64,000 nt of DNA from Candidatus Poribacteria bacterium (GTDB lineage Bacteria > Poribacteria > WGA-4E > WGA-3G): contig CBDANF010000003.1 of the NCBI GenBank assembly GCA_965197475.1, positions 1,600,001 to 1,664,000 of the forward strand, in the 5' to 3' direction. Shown here one piece after another: positions 1-9,338 of the stretch. Numbering within the stretch: the first letter of the stretch is position 1; each line of letters begins with the position of its first letter. The position numbers were made by a program, and so were the translations under genes. The notes beneath the pieces are model-generated. The model was given only the letters and a program-made list of their open reading frames with translations. It was not told the origin of the DNA and did no database searches.

Positions 1-313
1 AAATTCGGATAATTGATTCTTCAATGATTGTCAATCCGAAGTTGGCAGATTTTGTGATTGAGACAGCGAAGCAACATGAAATCCCGTATCAACTCGGTGT
101 ACGTCAATCCGGCGGGACAGATGGTGGCGCAATTCATCAATTCATCAATTCGGCAGAGGGGTGCCTTCCGTTGTGCTTGGCATGCCATCGCGGTATATCC
201 ATAGTCATGTCTCAATTATTAACACTGATGACTACACCGCAGCGTTGGATTTGACGATGCATCTTGTGCGTGAAATTGATGCATCTGTTTTGGAAGGATT
301 TCTGTTCGGTTAG
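1..313 (+). pseudogene. M42 family aminopeptidase, 3' part (5'-truncated by window), frameshifted by an 8-bp duplication
   Basis: GGTDGGAIHQ motif in ORF 24..254. Removing one TTCATCAA copy (141-148) restores FGRGVPSVVLGMPSRYIHSH...FLFG with TAG at 311-313, a typical M42 C-terminus. Confidence 0.8.
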
Positions 314-354
314 GCACGCTTATTAAGTGTGCCTCTTGCTTGGAGGGATAAACA

Positions 355-1194
355 GTGGAAACCACCTTACCGAAAGTCTCATTTTGTAATCACCAGATCA
401 GTAAGTTGTTGATTGGGGATAATCCGATTTACGGTTATTCTCACTTTAATCAACTGCTTTCACAGCATCAGCAAGCGTATCATACGCCAGAACAGGTTGT
501 GGCAACACTCAAAAGGGCGGAAGGAGCAGGCATAAATGCTTGGCAGAATAGTATAACGGAACGTTCACTTTCCGACCTACAACGTTATCGCGATGCGGGT
601 GGCACGATGCGCTGGTTCTGTCTCAGCTGGAGTTCCGTGTGGTACGAGGAACCCGACCAGGTTTTTGAAGATGCCAAACACAAGCCATTCGGTATGGCAC
701 CTCACGGTGGCGGCGTAGGACAACGTTGTCTACGGGAAAACAGACTCGATCTGTTGCAAGATATTCTCAAACGGATTCGCGATACCGAGACTCTTGTCGG
801 TCTATCGGTGCATGACCCGAAACTTGTGCATATCGCCGAAGATAAAGGGTGGGATATAGACTACTATATGACAGCACTCTATAATCTACAAAGTGGGAGC
901 GAGAAATTCAGAGAAAAGTTCGGTTACGCGCCTTTAGGTGAAATCTACGCACGCGAAGACCGCGTTGAGATGTGCAAGGCGATACAACGGACAGATAAAC
1001 CGTGCATTATCTTCAAAGTGCTTGCAGCAGGTCGGACAATCGGAAGTCCACAGCAGATTCGTGAAGAGGTGAAATTCGCTTTAGAGAATTCTAAACCGAT
1101 TGATGTGTTGCTGCTCGGTATGTATCAACAATTCGGTGACCAGATTGGTGAAAATGCTGCGTTGATTACGGAACTTTATGCGGAATTAGGGTAA
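355..1194 (+). CDS. hypothetical protein, possibly aldo/keto-reductase-like TIM barrel
   Basis: 279-aa ORF with GGAGG RBS. ISKLLIGDNP start and KPCIIFKVLAAGR resemble AKR-like proteins. Confidence 0.55.
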   Translation: METTLPKVSFCNHQISKLLIGDNPIYGYSHFNQLLSQHQQAYHTPEQVVATLKRAEGAGINAWQNSITERSLSDLQRYRDAGGTMRWFCLSWSSVWYEEPDQVFEDAKHKPFGMAPHGGGVGQRCLRENRLDLLQDILKRIRDTETLVGLSVHDPKLVHIAEDKGWDIDYYMTALYNLQSGSEKFREKFGYAPLGEIYAREDRVEMCKAIQRTDKPCIIFKVLAAGRTIGSPQQIREEVKFALENSKPIDVLLLGMYQQFGDQIGENAALITELYAELG

Positions 1195-1221
1195 ATCGTA
1201 TAATGAAGGACAGACTTAAAT

Positions 1222-2046
1222 ATGACACCAAAACAACGTTATCTATTTGATATAACAGGTTATCTTCATTTGGAAAACGTCATCATCGGCGATGCATTAG
1301 CGGAGACTGCTGAGGCGGTTGATAGATATATCACCACACCACCTGATGAATTGCCACCAGGCTTTGAACAGCACGGGCTTCATCAACACGGGTTCGCTTT
1401 TGACAAATCGCTTGAGTGCTTAACGGTGCACACGGCACTATGGCCGATTATTAAGGAGTTGACCGACAATCAACCGCGGTTCGGTAGAGGTTCGCTCAAG
1501 CATGACACACATGATTTATGGAAGGCGGGAGAAAACGCGCATGTGAATCCAGGTGGACTGCACTGTGCACGTGATGACTATGGGTGGTATAGCACACGCT
1601 ATGAGGCGAGTAACGGACGTATCTACTGTGATAATTTCGTCTGTTTTCCCTATTTTACCGATGTCTATCCGGGGGATGGCGGTCTCATCGTAATTCCCGG
1701 TTCGCATAAGAGCGAGTTTGAGCGTCCAAAGCCGCTGCTGACGCTTGACGAAGCGGATGGGATTGATCCTATTGATGACCCTGTTTTTGTCAATATCACA
1801 CCGAAAGCAGGCGATATTGTGATTATTTCGGAGCTGCTAACGCACGGGGTGCTGCGCTGGAAACCAAAAGATCGAGATAGGCGGTTTCTCGTTTTGCGGT
1901 ATTTTCCACAATACACAGGCACGCATAATTTACCGCAACCTATTCTGGATCGGTTATCTCCTGAGACTTTGGAATTGGTAGCGTCTGAACCGTATGGGCA
2001 TATCAAGAAGATTGTGAAGCAGGATGCGGTTACGTTGACCGTGTAG
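1222..2046 (+). CDS. phytanoyl-CoA dioxygenase (PhyH) family protein
   Basis: FDITGYL N-terminus, GGLIVIPGSHK, KAGDIVIISELLTHG motifs. Confidence 0.85.
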   Translation: MTPKQRYLFDITGYLHLENVIIGDALAETAEAVDRYITTPPDELPPGFEQHGLHQHGFAFDKSLECLTVHTALWPIIKELTDNQPRFGRGSLKHDTHDLWKAGENAHVNPGGLHCARDDYGWYSTRYEASNGRIYCDNFVCFPYFTDVYPGDGGLIVIPGSHKSEFERPKPLLTLDEADGIDPIDDPVFVNITPKAGDIVIISELLTHGVLRWKPKDRDRRFLVLRYFPQYTGTHNLPQPILDRLSPETLELVASEPYGHIKKIVKQDAVTLTV

Positions 2047-2716
2047 AAGTACAATGTAAGCGTTTAAGTTCCTCTTGGAGTCGGGCAACTTCTGCCTCTG
2101 CTTCTTCAGCTCTTTCCTCAGCTGATAGCAACCACTTTTCCGTACCAGGATCATGAATGCCGAAACTATCATCCAGCAAATGGAATGTTAAACCCAACGT
2201 TTCTGAGAAAAACCCGCCATCAGGACGTTGTGAAATCTCAACATAATCCCCATCAACAAGCCGAAACGCCATCAACGATGAAGGCAAATAACGCCTTTCC
2301 GCATCATAGAGGAAGTATTCCGAAATGCCAATTCTGGCATAGAGATGCATTTTGTCATCTAAGTCATTTTGGTAGGTGCCTTTGCTTGAAAACTCCAGCA
2401 CGAAGTCGGGCGGTTTCCCTTCTTCCCATACCTTGTAAGTGCGGCGTTGTTTTTTGCCGATACCGAAAGAGACAAGAATATCGGGCGATACAGATTGTTG
2501 CGGGGAACCCTTTACGTAATACATCATGATATTGCCGGAGATATAGACATCCAGTTTTTCAGCGAAATATGCCTTAAGCATCTGCCGCATCCGGATTATT
2601 TCATCCATATAGAGGTCGGTTTCAGCCATAGGTTTACCATCCGATTCGGGGTATATTATATCCGCTGTGTCTGTTGGCGCATAAGGGGGAGGGCGTGCGT
2701 TTGAGTCAGTTCCCAT
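2030..2716 (-). CDS. Uma2 family endonuclease
   Basis: YPESDGKPMAET, SPDILV, PDFVLEFSS, EYFLYD motifs and a coiled-coil tail. Confidence 0.9.
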   Translation of the reverse strand: MGTDSNARPPPYAPTDTADIIYPESDGKPMAETDLYMDEIIRMRQMLKAYFAEKLDVYISGNIMMYYVKGSPQQSVSPDILVSFGIGKKQRRTYKVWEEGKPPDFVLEFSSKGTYQNDLDDKMHLYARIGISEYFLYDAERRYLPSSLMAFRLVDGDYVEISQRPDGGFFSETLGLTFHLLDDSFGIHDPGTEKWLLSAEERAEEAEAEVARLQEELKRLHCTSTRST

Positions 2717-2861
2717 CGGTGGTTCTCCTTAAAAGCAGGTGTTGTGTTTGTTCATGCTGCAATCTGGTTTCACAGGCGTTTCGTACGGATTTGTGGTTAG
2801 TATACCTGAAAATACGGGTATGTCAAGGCTTTAATATTCCGTTATATCTTTTGAGTATTTT

Positions 2862-3067
2862 TTGTCTGAATCGCGGATTAGCGCGGATGGCGCGGATTGT
2901 CTGAACCAGGATTTCCAAGATTATAGGATTATCATCTTCTCATCCAAATGTTTGTTTTCGAGATAGATATAACATCTCATCAAGCATCAACGCTTAGCTG
3001 ATCAAAAACATTTATATTCTCAACAATCCTGAAAATCTGGAAATCCTGAAAATCTTGGTTCAGATAA
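2862..3067. repeat. inverted-repeat element with short internal GGATT/AATCC repeats
   Basis: TTGTCTGAACCAGGATTT (2897) versus AAATCTTGGTTCAGATAA (3050-3067), 16/18 complementary. A related copy starts at 2862. Confidence 0.6.
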
Positions 3068-3095
3068 TTAACAAAACTTTACACGCCGTTACATC

Positions 3096-3124
3096 TTGAC
3101 ATTCTTCATTGAATAGGTTATCAT
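3096..3124 (+). promoter_or_regulatory. sigma70-type promoter
   Basis: TTGACA-17 bp-TATCAT upstream of the 3182 CDS. Confidence 0.6.
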
Positions 3125-3181
3125 ATTGTTAACAACATGCTCAATCTGCAGGACAAACCATCCCATTAAAAGGAAAATTCT

Positions 3182-4768
3182 ATGAAACATAGAGATAAAT
3201 TATTGTGGACGTTCCCCCAATTCGCTATTATAGTTCTTCTCCTCTTTTGTACAATAAGTGCCGCACCTGCACAAATCACCCTACCCGCCGAAGATATTGC
3301 CGAAAAAGCGTTAGCAGCGACGGTATACTTGGAGATGAAGGATAAAAACGGCAGAACTTTGGGCATTGGCAGCGGGTTCTTTGTCAAACCCAACCTTATT
3401 GCTACCAACTACCACGTGATTGAAGGTGCAGCAAAAGGCACTGTAAAATTAGTTGGTAAGTCCACCACATACAATATAGAAGGCGTTACGGTAACTGACA
3501 AGACGAACGATCTTGCACTCCTAAAGGTTACCGCTTACGGTATCAAACCGCTTTCTCTCGGAGATAGCGATACCGTTCGGATTGGTGAGACAGTCTATGT
3601 TGCAGGCAACCCGAAAGGTTTGGAAGGGACGTTTTCGGATGGTATTATCAGTAGCCGCCGAGATAAAAACACTAAAGAACGGCTGCAGATGACTGCACCG
3701 ATTTCTCCAGGGAGTAGCGGAGGACCTGTGCTAAACCGTAAGGGTGAAGTTATTGGAGTTTCTTTTGCTGGACACCGTGCTTTAGATGCCCAGAATCTCA
3801 ATTTTGCAATTCCGTCAAAATATCTTAAGAAACTGGTGGAGCAGAAGAAGGCAGCAAAACCTATCTTCTCGCAAAAGAGTCATCTATCTATATCTGCGGA
3901 TACTCGTTTCCGATGGGGAAATGTGAAGTTTGATTTAGGGGATTATGCAGGTGCAATTGTAGATTATAACACCGCCATAAGACTACAACCCGAACATGTC
4001 TTGGCATACTACAATCGCGGACTTGCGAAGGGTAAGTTGAAACAATACTTTGCTGCGATTGCCGATTATGACATCGCTATTCGCCTCAAACCTGATTATG
4101 CCATTGCTTACTACGATCGCGGAAATGTGAAGTTCGAGTTGGGACAATATGCTGCTGCTATTGCCGATTATGACATCGCTATCCGACTAAAACCTGACGA
4201 TGCCGCTGCATATTACAATCGGGGAGTTGCGAAAGGTAAGTTAGGACAACACTTTGCTGCGATTGCTGACTATGACATCGCTATTAGACTAAAACCTGAT
4301 GATGCCGATGCATACATCAATCGGGGAGTTGCGAAGGCTGTCTTGAGACAACACTTTGCTGCGATTGCAGATTTTGACATGGCTATAAAACTAAAACCTT
4401 ATTATGCAAAGGCGTACTTTGCAAGAGGCATGGCAAAAGAGGACTTAAGACAATACGCTGCTGCGGTTGCAGATTATGACATTGCTATACGACTAAAACC
4501 TGATCTTGCCACGGCATACTACAATCGGGGAAATGCGAAGGTTGACTTGGGACAATTCTCTGCTGCGATTTCTGACTATGACATCGCTATACGACTAAAA
4601 CCTGATTATATCTTGGCATACATCAATCGTGGAATTGCCAAGTATTTACTAGGTCGAAAATGGGAAGCAAAAAAAGATTTACAAACGGCGTTAAGACTTG
4701 CAAAAAAGGCGAGTGATACGGACCTCAAGGTTAGTGCTGAGAAGGCACTGCGTATTCTCAATGAGTGA
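3182..4768 (+). CDS. secreted trypsin-like serine protease with C-terminal TPR array
   Basis: Signal-like N-terminus, catalytic motifs ATNYHV / DLALL / SPGSSGGP, repeated 34-aa AYYNRG..K..LGQ..AAIADYDIAIRLKPD units. Confidence 0.9.
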   Translation: MKHRDKLLWTFPQFAIIVLLLFCTISAAPAQITLPAEDIAEKALAATVYLEMKDKNGRTLGIGSGFFVKPNLIATNYHVIEGAAKGTVKLVGKSTTYNIEGVTVTDKTNDLALLKVTAYGIKPLSLGDSDTVRIGETVYVAGNPKGLEGTFSDGIISSRRDKNTKERLQMTAPISPGSSGGPVLNRKGEVIGVSFAGHRALDAQNLNFAIPSKYLKKLVEQKKAAKPIFSQKSHLSISADTRFRWGNVKFDLGDYAGAIVDYNTAIRLQPEHVLAYYNRGLAKGKLKQYFAAIADYDIAIRLKPDYAIAYYDRGNVKFELGQYAAAIADYDIAIRLKPDDAAAYYNRGVAKGKLGQHFAAIADYDIAIRLKPDDADAYINRGVAKAVLRQHFAAIADFDMAIKLKPYYAKAYFARGMAKEDLRQYAAAVADYDIAIRLKPDLATAYYNRGNAKVDLGQFSAAISDYDIAIRLKPDYILAYINRGIAKYLLGRKWEAKKDLQTALRLAKKASDTDLKVSAEKALRILNE

Positions 4769-4888
4769 GTAGGAACGCTTTATAAGCACTCTGTCGATCA
4801 AGTTATATCGTTAATTGTAACCACTACTATAAATAAACATTTTCTGTGTGTAGTTATCTAAAACAGATAACTTAAAAGGAGAATTAAT

Positions 4889-5590
4889 ATGGATCAAAAA
4901 TTTGAAAAATGGAAACGCTGGCTTGCTGATGAAATCCATTGGGAAATTGAAGAGTTGGTCACTAACAAACACATTTTTTGGGAAATTCAGAAAATGATTG
5001 ATGACAACCCAAATATTCAGGAACCATGTTCATTTAATTGGTTTATCGGACAAACCTACTCTGACTACGGGGTAATTGCGGTTCGCAGGCAAATCAAGTT
5101 TAACAAATTTAACAAACGGAACCGGAGCATTTCATTCGTCAGATTACTGAAGGAAATAATAGAAACTCCTTGTGTGCTCTCAAGAGAGCGATTCGTGAAT
5201 ATGTATCGAATAGGTATGAAAAATATAGAAGAAAATAGAGCGGAAGATATTGGAAATAGAACTTTCGATCGTCATTTTACGGGAGGATGTACAAATTATA
5301 ATTATATTGATCCTACCTTGGTTCAGGAAGATCTGGATGAACTGAAAAAACACGGTGACAAGCTGGAGGAGTTTGCGGATAAAAGGGTTGCCCACCACGA
5401 TAAGAAAGCACCAAAAACAATACCAACCTTCAACGAGTTAGATGTTGCTATAGATTGTCTTAAGAAACTCACAAGAAAATATAGACTCTCACTTACAGCA
5501 GAAGACTTAGGAGAGGATTTAGTGGCAAGATTCATTGAAGATTATTGGGAAGAAATCTTTAGCCAACCTTGGATAGTGGATACTACCTAA
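4889..5590 (+). CDS. probable HEPN (AbiU2-like) domain protein
   Basis: Helical AT-rich ORF with IAVRRQ...SISFVRLL and FADKRVAHHD, similar to the AbiU2-type HEPN motif. Recognised by eye only. Confidence 0.55.
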   Translation: MDQKFEKWKRWLADEIHWEIEELVTNKHIFWEIQKMIDDNPNIQEPCSFNWFIGQTYSDYGVIAVRRQIKFNKFNKRNRSISFVRLLKEIIETPCVLSRERFVNMYRIGMKNIEENRAEDIGNRTFDRHFTGGCTNYNYIDPTLVQEDLDELKKHGDKLEEFADKRVAHHDKKAPKTIPTFNELDVAIDCLKKLTRKYRLSLTAEDLGEDLVARFIEDYWEEIFSQPWIVDTT

Positions 5591-5616
5591 TAAATCATTA
5601 GAACAGGAAGAAGTAT

Positions 5617-5763
5617 TTACGAATTGTTTGCAACCTTAATACGATTTTGTGCACGCGCAAGTGCCGCTTCTGCTCGCGGGCGGTTCAAATCTGGGGCATC
5701 CGCGGCGAGTTGTTCTTGTGCACGTTCAAGTGCACTTTCAGCACGCGATACGTCAATATCCGA
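5617..5763 (-). pseudogene. atpC: orphan duplicate of the atpC 3' end (48 codons plus stop)
   Basis: Matches 9339..9485 at 135/147 nt and encodes SDIDVSRAESALERAQEQLAADAPDLNRPRAEAALARAQNRIKVANNS*. No start codon upstream. Confidence 0.92.
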
Positions 5764-5896
5764 AAAACGCTATATGGCTATTATTGTGGGCTTGGTTCTA
5801 AAGTCCATCCATTTTTAGTAGCAAGCTGAGCAAGTGCAATTGTAGCAATTTATTATGAATTTCAAAATGCTAAAAATCTCGGTAATGGGACCCTGT

Positions 5897-6018
5897 CAGG
5901 ACTTACGCAAATTGGAAAGAGAAAGACCATATTCTGCTTAAAAAGTCGTTATTTCAGTATTTTAACCCCCTAAGTCCCCCTTATCAAGGGGACTTTAAGA
6001 GAAAATGCGTAAGTCCTG
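5897..6018. mobile_element. MITE with 13-bp perfect TIR CAGGACTTACGCA and 5-bp target duplication CCTGT
   Basis: TIRs at 5897-5909 and 6006-6018, CCTGT at 5892-5896 and 6019-6023, internal AAGTCCCC..GGGGACTT hairpin. Confidence 0.8.
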
Positions 6019-6053
6019 CCTGTTTATGGAATTGGTATAGCGTCCTCCAAAAT

Positions 6054-6620
6054 CTATTCAAAAAGTTCTGCCACTGGACATGAAAACCCTGGTACGACAT
6101 CCTCACCTGTTAAAGTCCCTTCATAGTTTAGCAGCGTAAAGTCTGTTTCAGAACGATGGACCATAACCGTTTTCATAATCGGTTCAATAACCCAAACAAG
6201 CCGTGTTCCCGCCTTCAGATAGGCTAACGTTTTTTCGGTAACATCATAATGCTTATCTGTCGGAGAAACTATTTCAATAGCGAGGTCAGGGGCATCAGCG
6301 AAACCTTTTAATTTATCTTCCGACAACCGTTCTGTTGATACAAACGCAATATCCGGTTTTACCACCCGATCACCTAATTGGAATGTCGTTTCCGCAATAT
6401 ATAAACGCCCTAATTTATTTTCGCGAACGTGTGATGTTAAAAGAAAATGGACGTTAGATCCTATTTCACCATGGACAATTGCTGCAGCTGCCATTGGCAC
6501 TAATTCCCCTTTTACATACTCATAACCCTCTAAATCGTTTTCAAGAAATTCCGCCATCGTCATCGTACCGTGAGGTAGCATTTCTTGCACAGATTCAGGG
6601 TTCGCTTGCGAATTATGCAT
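6054..6620 (-). CDS. Uma2 family endonuclease
   Basis: YEYVKGELV, KPDIAFV, APDLAIEIVSP, YLKAGTRLVWVIEP, VVPGFSCPVAELF motifs. Confidence 0.9.
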   Translation of the reverse strand: MHNSQANPESVQEMLPHGTMTMAEFLENDLEGYEYVKGELVPMAAAAIVHGEIGSNVHFLLTSHVRENKLGRLYIAETTFQLGDRVVKPDIAFVSTERLSEDKLKGFADAPDLAIEIVSPTDKHYDVTEKTLAYLKAGTRLVWVIEPIMKTVMVHRSETDFTLLNYEGTLTGEDVVPGFSCPVAELFE

Positions 6621-7048
6621 CAGATTCCTCCTATGTTATACCATTTCCAAAGCGGTAGATAATTTTCAGGTTTTAGGAAATCTACGTCCATCTCTGTATC
6701 AATGTTCGTGCCCCAAACTTTGAAGTGCTCTGCCTCATGTTCTCCGATTTGAAGATGTAATTGCCGTTCGTTTTTGTACCATACTGCGGTTACATTGCCG
6801 TCTCCATCACTGGAGATAGATGGCGTATCACACCGATATCCAGCAGAAATAACAGAATCCAACATTGCGTCTATAACCTTTTTCGCATGAATTAGGGTCA
6901 AAACAGTTGGTTTTTGTGAACCGCGTCCATCCCAATTATTTTCCCGTTGTGATAGGATATCAAATTGCTCTGATATTTCACGCTTTTGCTTTTCGACTTG
7001 GGACTTACTGTGTTTATATTGAATAGATTCATAATTCTCAAGGCGCAT
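6620..7048 (-). CDS. hypothetical protein
   Basis: 142-aa ORF with GAGG RBS. Its stop overlaps the Uma2 start (TGATG). Confidence 0.65.
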   Translation of the reverse strand: MRLENYESIQYKHSKSQVEKQKREISEQFDILSQRENNWDGRGSQKPTVLTLIHAKKVIDAMLDSVISAGYRCDTPSISSDGDGNVTAVWYKNERQLHLQIGEHEAEHFKVWGTNIDTEMDVDFLKPENYLPLWKWYNIGGI

Positions 7049-7189
7049 ATTTCGGACAAACCTCTCGTATACTTGGGAACTATTTTAACATATCACTGAA
7101 AAAATATCAAGAAATTCCTAATTTTCGCAAGGCACAAGGTAAACGCATAACGCACAAAAATGGTGAAAAGCGAAGCGATTTCATTTTCC

Positions 7190-7218
7190 TTGCAATTGAT
7201 CGCAGATGTGTCTATAAT
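7190..7218 (+). promoter_or_regulatory. sigma70-type promoter
   Basis: TTGCAA-17 bp-TATAAT ahead of the AGGAG RBS and ATG at 7253. Confidence 0.55.
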
Positions 7219-7252
7219 TGATTCAAAGTCATCACCAATAGGAGAAGAAACA

Positions 7253-8704
7253 ATGGACGCCTACATTAACGTAAAAAACTTCGGTCCGATAGAAAAGGCA
7301 GAGATAGACCTGCGTCCGCTGACTGTATTCGTCGGTGAGAGTAACACTGGTAAGACGTATCTCGCCGCTCTTATTTACGCATTACACCAAAATTTTGGGG
7401 GCATCTCACAATTTCCTTGGGCAGGTAGTATTGCTAATTATTATAGTTTTGCTTCCCGTTCAGGAGACAGCTCTTCACAAGATCAGCAGACGGAGTTAGA
7501 ACAAGAAGCGTTTGAGGCACTAGAAAAGTTAAACACGCCTGATCGACCATTTATATTTTCCGATTTACCTCAGCGGACACGCAGCCTGTTGGATTTTATG
7601 CTCACACATCAGGAGGAGTTCTCAAACGAGCTAATACGGTGTTTCGACCATGAATCTGTTTCTAAGCTAATTCGATTCACTGGCAACCAAGACAACGAAA
7701 TGAACGTTTCACTGTCAGTTCGCGAAGGTAATCAAACGTATTGGGGTTTTGAGGTGCAAACCTTAGTGTCCACCGATCCCGCTATAACCGGGCTTATTAA
7801 TCCAGACATGATTCTTCATGATGCAAACGAACCAATGAGTAAAACTGATTTCCGTGGAAAATCCGATATTGAACGTTTATTTCGGACTTTACACACTGAT
7901 CTGTGGCGAACAAGTGCTTCATACTATCTGCCCGCTGCTCGGAGTGGTGTCATGCAAAGCCGCGATATACTTGCGACTGCCCTCATCAAGCGGTCGACTC
8001 GTATAGGTTTGGACCGTTTTGAAGTATCTACATTTTCGGGAATGATAGCGGATTTTCTGGAGCAGATCGTCAGCTACAAGGAACGCAAGGGATCGTCAAG
8101 CAGAATAAGTCGCGTCGCTGAGCAACTGGAGGCGGAGCTGCTGGAGGGCAAAATAGAGGTTAAACGCCCCACACCAGAAGCGTATCCGGAATTTCTGTAC
8201 CGTCCAGATCAGGCGGAAGAGGCATTGCGGATGAGCCACTCCTCGGCGATGGTATCCGAGCTTGCACCTTTAGTCCTCTTTCTGCGAGGTATCGTTAAAC
8301 AGGGTGACTTGATCATTATTGAAGAACCTGAATCTCACCTGCATCCGGGTGCACAAACCAAAATTGCTCAAACCCTTGCTCGTTTAGTCCGAGCCGGTGT
8401 TCGCGTCGTGATTACAACACATAGCAACTGGCTCCTCCAACAAATCAGCAACCTGATTCGCGAAGGTGAATTGCGAAAACAGGGAGAACCCACAAGTGAA
8501 TCTGCAGACTACCTGAAAGCGGAAGAGGTCGGTGCGTGGTGGTTTCATAAGAACGAGCCGGTCAAAGAACTACCGTTTGACCTTATTGAAGGGATAGAAC
8601 CGGAAGATCACTTGGATATAGCGGAGGATCTCTATAACCGTTCGGCAGGACTACAAAATAGAATTGAAGAAAAGAAAGGAGGGGATGCCGTTGAATCTGA
8701 GTAA
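7253..8704 (+). CDS. ABC-type AAA ATPase (AAA_15/AAA_21-like)
   Basis: VKNFGPI N-terminus, Walker A GESNTGKT, Walker B IIIEEPESHLHP, H-loop ITTHS. Start moved to the ATG with an RBS. Confidence 0.88.
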   Translation: MDAYINVKNFGPIEKAEIDLRPLTVFVGESNTGKTYLAALIYALHQNFGGISQFPWAGSIANYYSFASRSGDSSSQDQQTELEQEAFEALEKLNTPDRPFIFSDLPQRTRSLLDFMLTHQEEFSNELIRCFDHESVSKLIRFTGNQDNEMNVSLSVREGNQTYWGFEVQTLVSTDPAITGLINPDMILHDANEPMSKTDFRGKSDIERLFRTLHTDLWRTSASYYLPAARSGVMQSRDILATALIKRSTRIGLDRFEVSTFSGMIADFLEQIVSYKERKGSSSRISRVAEQLEAELLEGKIEVKRPTPEAYPEFLYRPDQAEEALRMSHSSAMVSELAPLVLFLRGIVKQGDLIIIEEPESHLHPGAQTKIAQTLARLVRAGVRVVITTHSNWLLQQISNLIREGELRKQGEPTSESADYLKAEEVGAWWFHKNEPVKELPFDLIEGIEPEDHLDIAEDLYNRSAGLQNRIEEKKGGDAVESE

Positions 8705-9194
8705 AGGGCTTACCCACATTCAAGGGCAGGTGTCCCCAAACAGTATCACTAAAGATTGCGGCGGAGAAGGATGTCAGGTATACCGTACCGGTTTACCCAG
8801 GAAGCGGGTTGTGATAAATGTAGAGAAAGAGTTTGACGCACGCGGAGAGCGCGGAAAACGGGGTGACCGTCTGCTGTTTTACAGGAACGCTGGTAAAAAC
8901 ACCTTCGTCGCGGTTCCAATTGAACTTAAAAGCGGTAAAGCCGATGAATCCGAGGTCCGTGAAAAATTAGAAAACAGTTTGCAACTTGCCGTTACTGTTG
9001 CTCCTGATCGGAAGGGGAGTGGGGAAACCGTCTACGTTCCAGTTCTCTTCCATGGACGCGGTATTAACTGGACGAATCCAAGATGCCGACAACTAACCGT
9101 GAATTCCCAAGGCGAACCTGTACCGGTTCTGATAGGGCGATGTGGTAGAAAAAAGAACCTCGCGAACTTACTCTCCAAGGCAGGTTATCTCTAA
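8685..9194 (+). CDS. hypothetical protein, putative PD-(D/E)xK nuclease partner of the ATPase
   Basis: Overlaps the ATPase stop and has a KRGDRLLF...VPIELKSG (D...ELK) pattern. Confidence 0.55.
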   Translation: MPLNLSKGLTHIQGQVSPNSITKDCGGEGCQVYRTGLPRKRVVINVEKEFDARGERGKRGDRLLFYRNAGKNTFVAVPIELKSGKADESEVREKLENSLQLAVTVAPDRKGSGETVYVPVLFHGRGINWTNPRCRQLTVNSQGEPVPVLIGRCGRKKNLANLLSKAGYL

Positions 9195-9338
9195 TCTTAA
9201 TTCAATCTAACCGACTCGTAACTGAACAACTATGGTAGATGTCAGAATTACTTGGACACTCTACACCGGTACCCCTTCCCAGTAACGGGTGGGACCGGTT
9301 AAGAAATCTTGCATACCAGAGAATTGGAAGGAGTGCGA

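Larger units (their letters stand above)
5764..9338. mobile_element. putative integrase-less islet bounded by atpC 3'-end direct repeats
   Basis: Lies between the two 147-bp atpC copies. Cargo is Uma2, a hypothetical gene, an ABC/AAA ATPase and a nuclease-like gene. Confidence 0.6.

Noticed and set aside
3900-4700. 102-bp DNA repeats as a non-coding array
   Set aside because: They are in-frame TPR units of the protease.
5624-5829. Plus-strand ORFs 5624..5818 and 9289..9645 as a paralogous gene pair
   Set aside because: They are antisense shadows of the atpC 3' sequence.
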